A DNA stretch of 64,000 nucleotides, from assembly GCA_965644295.1 (NCBI GenBank), contig CBFFRP010000394.1:124001-188000 (forward strand), in the 5' to 3' direction. Position numbers and translations under genes: made by a program. Below, one piece after another: positions 63,201 through 64,000 of this stretch (the stretch's first letter is position 1; each line of letters starts with the position of its first letter). Under the pieces are notes generated by a model that was given only the letters and a program-made list of their open reading frames with translations, was not told the DNA's origin and did not search any database. The stretch is from Paraphysomonas bandaiensis (Eukaryota > Protista > Chrysophyceae).

Positions 63201-64000
63201 AGATGGAAGACCAGTAGGTATACTACTCGGTACACCACTCGGTAAACAGGTTGGAGTAGAGCTCGGCTCGGAAGAGGGACAGCTGGAAGGATCTCCAGAT
63301 GGAAGGCCAGACGGGAGTGAACTCGGTATACTGGAGGGTTGACTAGTGGGGTATCCAGATGGAAGACCAGTAGGTATACTACTCGGTACACCACTCGGTA
63401 AACAGGTTGGAGTAGAGCTCGGCTCGGAAGAGGGACAGCTGGAAGGATCTCCAGATGGAAGGCCAGACGGGAGTGAACTCGGTATACTGGAGGGTTGACT
63501 AGTGGGGTATCCAGATGGAAGACCAGTAGGTATACTACTCGGTACACCACTCGGTAAACAGGTTGGGGTAGAGCTCGGCTCGGAAGAGGGACAGCTGGAA
63601 GGATCTCCAGATGGAAGGCCAGACGGGAGTGAACTCGGTATACTGGAGGGTTGACTAGTGGGGTATCCAGATGGAAGACCAGTAGGTATACTACTCGGTA
63701 CACCACTCGGTAAACAGGTTGGGGTGGAGCTCGGCTCGGAAGAGGGACAGCTGGAGGGATCTCCAGATGGAAGGCCAGACGGCAGTGAACTCGGTATACT
63801 GGAGGGTTGACTAGTGGGGTATCCAGATGGGATTCCCGTAGGAACTGTAGTCGGCTGTCTACTAGGAATACCGCTTGGGATTCCGCTTGGTTCACCTGTC
63901 GGTTTCAATGTGGGTACTTGACTTGGAGCATTGCTGGGTGATGCACTCGGAATGGAACTGGGTTCACCACTTGGATTAGAACTGGGGTAAAATGTCGGAT
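54291..64000 (-). CDS. Giant surface/membrane protein: PxS mucin-like repeats, PKD/REJ-like region, EGF-like Cys domains, GPS-like Cys motif, multiple TM helices; 5' end outside the window
   Basis: 3205-aa ORF whose frame stays open to the window end. Motifs LDLTLSYGSGGRPW, FDGTYSYDPD, VNSPPSEGSFTLYPTSG..WTDTSLPLKYRF (REJ-like), CRCHDGFHGQTC (EGF), CIVETFSSEFVVCSC, then hydrophobic helices and an acidic tail. Confidence 0.8.
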   Translation of the reverse strand, partial: PTFYPSSNPSGEPSSIPSASPSNAPSQVPTLKPTGEPSGIPSGIPSRQPTTVPTGIPSGYPTSQPSSIPSSLPSGLPSGDPSSCPSSEPSSTPTCLPSGVPSSIPTGLPSGYPTSQPSSIPSSLPSGLPSGDPSSCPSSEPSSTPTCLPSGVPSSIPTGLPSGYPTSQPSSIPSSLPSGLPSGDPSSCPSSEPSSTPTCLPSGVPSSIPTGLPSGYPTSQPSSIPSSLPSGLPSGDPSSCPSSEPSSTPTCLPSGVPSSIPTGLPSGYPTSQPSSIPSSLPSGLPSGDPSSCPSSEPSSTPTCLPSSVPSSIPTGLPSGYPTSQPSSIPSSLPSGLPSGDPSSCPSSEPSSTPTCLPSGVPSSIPTGLPSGYPTSQPSSIPSSLPSGLPSGDPSSCPSSEPSSTPTCLPSGVPSSIPTGLPSGYPTSQPSSIPSSLPSGLPSGDPSSCPSSEPSSTPTCLPSSVPSSIPTGLPSGYPTSQPSSIPSSLPSGLPSGDPSSCPSSEPSSTPTCLPSSVPSSLPSGLPSGDPSSCPSSEPSSTPTCLPSGVPSSVPTVVPTTAPSVLPSEIPSSCPSSFPSFVPSGFPSSLPSSLPSVTPSRLPSTFPTGLPSGEPSSLPTCAPSCGPSSVPSTSPTSGPSSLPTGVPSCSPSRLPTGIPSSYPTIMPSGIPSNAPTGDPSSNPSFDPTSTPTCLPTGDPSSNPTEIPSCVPTYVPSSSPSSLPSGMPTCNPSIAPSSFPSVIPSSVPSMPPTSLPTTWIPALVTVAMNTTAVDTLHVDVILSKDGAFRCVLVEMDSIPSKQYVLQYGDVVYTVSRKGEVEFFGLIPGLSYELYCLTSTLEGDSMSENDMVASKQSVVMPCCKLITLDLITDTIVSSSSSAILGVIYLTALPLKQLDIHIQVDDIGVESQRRMLEDNISVFQTSYAVFPSTITYDIFGVGELSHVVYFSGSRTGIYKISLSLSGTSFDEYEVSFLNGNTITVAESGGVLPVLLYAAFVDDGAFLEVRFSSLTDRGNTTVPQFNCTNILIFSDAESAVCEWSSASKIIVTPSGDSTLAVGSKLSLRGNSLKGECYVDGTNVCSTLQFISPTTVTITSLVTSNPVVVVSAPKSVSRCMAFVLDLTLSYGSGGRPWSHWAIDIYSHTNHSGVQMFFTDVYQFVPPTPLDTAQLEEGYYRFRVTLCNFLLRCSTAWHLLHVVPSASVSPILAGGKVISAFRSNKQIVTAHLVFDECYHSGISSTTRQLGTFYTWEVFEKDSLYPMNISGRTRSGPHFLMFPEYFFVPGMYYVVKYSVYDEVLNVYHIVSSVINVLFTPLSVVLPIGNVAYVSNDNVLEFDGTYSYDPDNFAATFNYTWSCEYWDGGNISRCDDTVFEANGYLSAELVPSGSAGFHTFYICLRIIDSDSGRVGVHCSLVLSCPVGSPTVNVYSTAGNMIEWKETLKLYGSIFSFSGLAEWSSSHLDDFSVVNTLSPIEYEVYLNSSTRIAMYNLFLVPFAFFAHDIHVFTLSLSNGNGKLSHSSIFIEVNSPPSEGSFTLYPTSGREYIDLFHMHAPYWTDTSLPLKYRFGFMSVSSTILSLRQPTFDSFISTILPRTSTANSSVICVVSVFDSLSASREKTSAITVLPSGDINTPLTNASSDFFRMLRSGDIFGLENRIAVVAGAISRVLCASAPDCDALNRLSCSKMVNTCGECKSSYIGELGPANTPCLPSQFYQSIERGTPCTSNSSCLPFMTCHFNSCIPAAKSCVNGCSSNGDCIYIDEQLNTPVENCFIGDLWCKSVCRCHDGFHGQTCSFTTEEFHDSSMVVEASMCSLKSLIDLDFSSQFVSKSWVSLVYELMSNPSLLSFSALNCSIPVIKHILDRGLDISFSDMSMMLSSLDSLSRYHEYGDFSLASNIHMERLVDEMSLLITESCLLLSSWMDINQEAFEFIGSQFRLYATVIIKENNFTINTPLTLHEILNNVKLSSIIGNVQNNTIHCVVTQAPSMYILTNRDISTNILWHVDSVYKPPLQKKSFVNRDIGNITSRYILRNIVPVQYGVVQHSTHATLQCNETAGVYIHDCGYGVSTSFTCEGFSNTWIVTCPEIMARPVCNSMNITFVEQEDCIVETFSSEFVVCSCSPRAMGSRPHALFATVSYDSIGSPTASKRRSAEASVQKSLTSGWTAYSAAVIVIVLGVFGYICCTRAENVECNAKLQDIESIFPSLLFKPSVFDSFIYEFKHCHRWGSLFLTSEKVSRPRELRALCICCSTVYFMFLNTIVMGILITDNDSCFDMRTARDCTGGTSGRIFMDEICVWESSECVPTHPISHIKTIFLVVAVCAILCLPLDLLTDYFVTEVLARPTYESGLDTRKSSKVASTLPDRSICTAALNKLKAELANYYTVIGNDTTNVSFNVAWNSAHYHSGSVLPAFSQPSTEICKVDENNVPQTSKTNDKIHLFNEKMVLSDIIGTFSQFRSEKNRISFLKAEEGNRRLLVLFVKDLLSPSAGNIVEKYGTCNYFWKLEPEPMWLKFIIFLVLAALIAFCLSYIISFGVHRTASEHVAWIFSFFIWLVIDIIFVCPFQILVTRVLIPLLIFDEASEVMNALVAALTAIRSGAKVFTPDGSWDAGSSNLFNAFDYFSVSMLVAKECQHLEDRPLVLNFRTVFPRRCYWCTSAQKLSCFTYDEICYRIVDFAGVIAGLHESLEIFVYRAGTWLVVLSLILIHIELYAINIILVFIPLLVLVSFIISCQLRGVKLCSSRCCQPFATPSIARSPSDEDIFKLPKGLSVNRKKPAAIGRSVSDVLASPIYKSSSFRYTKEENRNAEVTGDCKLEIDEKPATTSCDSFEQGCFKRFRRADMLRALRLAGISAEKGEGFPEDIKGSSGSKIPDAMLSPMNEYDEIRRVQATIPSQAIVSHMQGLVVENEVGWGATSFDEDDEGAVDVEYQSRLAKILRTNDNMQKVITMGDEEDDEPFHDNAVIESGSLKVEDDILPGVPFDANSPRLSRILKERGITSKTTFDSDQDDAVSSSSKQSMGNVEARIVSHMRGLVVENEVGWGATSFDEDDEGTVDVEYQSRLAKILRTNDNMQKVITMGDDESVSSVGTCESFTCGDSYECDVLVRRQSPIDRKVERLDQTNCVGGAKQELVDSSLLFCGGFHTEEEVDVVKKDFMVGNLARQFSMHQHHESAKQRLSSRLKARREENTDTDTFDSSEKSSVLPSRLKKTLVTNSERHRVSLMIQEQKQKRRLQQRLLEKKL
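54781..55327 (-). repeat. ~160-bp internal duplication in the predicted cytoplasmic tail (54781-54940 / 55168-55327)
   Basis: VSHM(Q/R)GLVVENEVGWGATSFDEDDEG(A/T)VDVEYQSRLAKILRTNDNMQKVITMGD occurs twice. Confidence 0.9.
62340..63830 (-). repeat. 156-bp coding tandem repeat (52 aa, 13 Pxxx tetrapeptides), ~9 near-identical copies
   Basis: Unit PSGVPSSIPTGLPSGYPTSQPSSIPSSLPSGLPSGDPSSCPSSEPSSTPTCL repeated with few substitutions. Confidence 0.95.

Noticed and set aside
61781-63895. 704-aa alternative-frame ORF (and 62074-62562 antisense ORF)
   Set aside because: Shadow frames of the 156-bp coding repeat, open because the unit lacks stops in those frames.

Overview
Gene-dense eukaryotic nuclear DNA with short (~35-65 nt) GT-AG introns and the standard code (TGA is the normal stop of several genes). 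Gene content (SqdB-type SQD1, PxS-repeat/REJ giant membrane protein) suggests an ochrophyte stramenopile, possibly chrysophyte-like (inference). Genes in order: NOL10 (partial), unknown membrane protein, myristoylated EF-hand/SAP protein, glycosyltransferase, ATAD3, a ~75-finger C2H2 array ending in a 3CxxC (ZAR1/RTP-type) domain, a VPS13-family protein, an intact Ty1/Copia element with TA..TA LTRs nested in an older LTR, Sel1-repeat protein, ERGIC/Erv46-like protein, SQD1, a PhnD-like solute-binding protein, and a giant PKD/REJ-like protein (partial). Strongest candidate novelty: the PhnD-like gene (50742-51740) has an in-frame TGA at 51039-51041 where homologues, as I recall them, have a conserved Cys. 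A compact SECIS-like stem-loop follows a few nt after its stop codon. This points to a selenoprotein of a family I do not know among eukaryotic selenoproteins, transcribed head-to-head with the sulfolipid gene SQD1. Other signals: a 10-mer (TACTGCTGTA) in all five divergent intergenic regions, inverted repeats bracketing the zinc-finger locus with an Old Yellow Enzyme fragment, and three copies of an unusual module inside VPS13.
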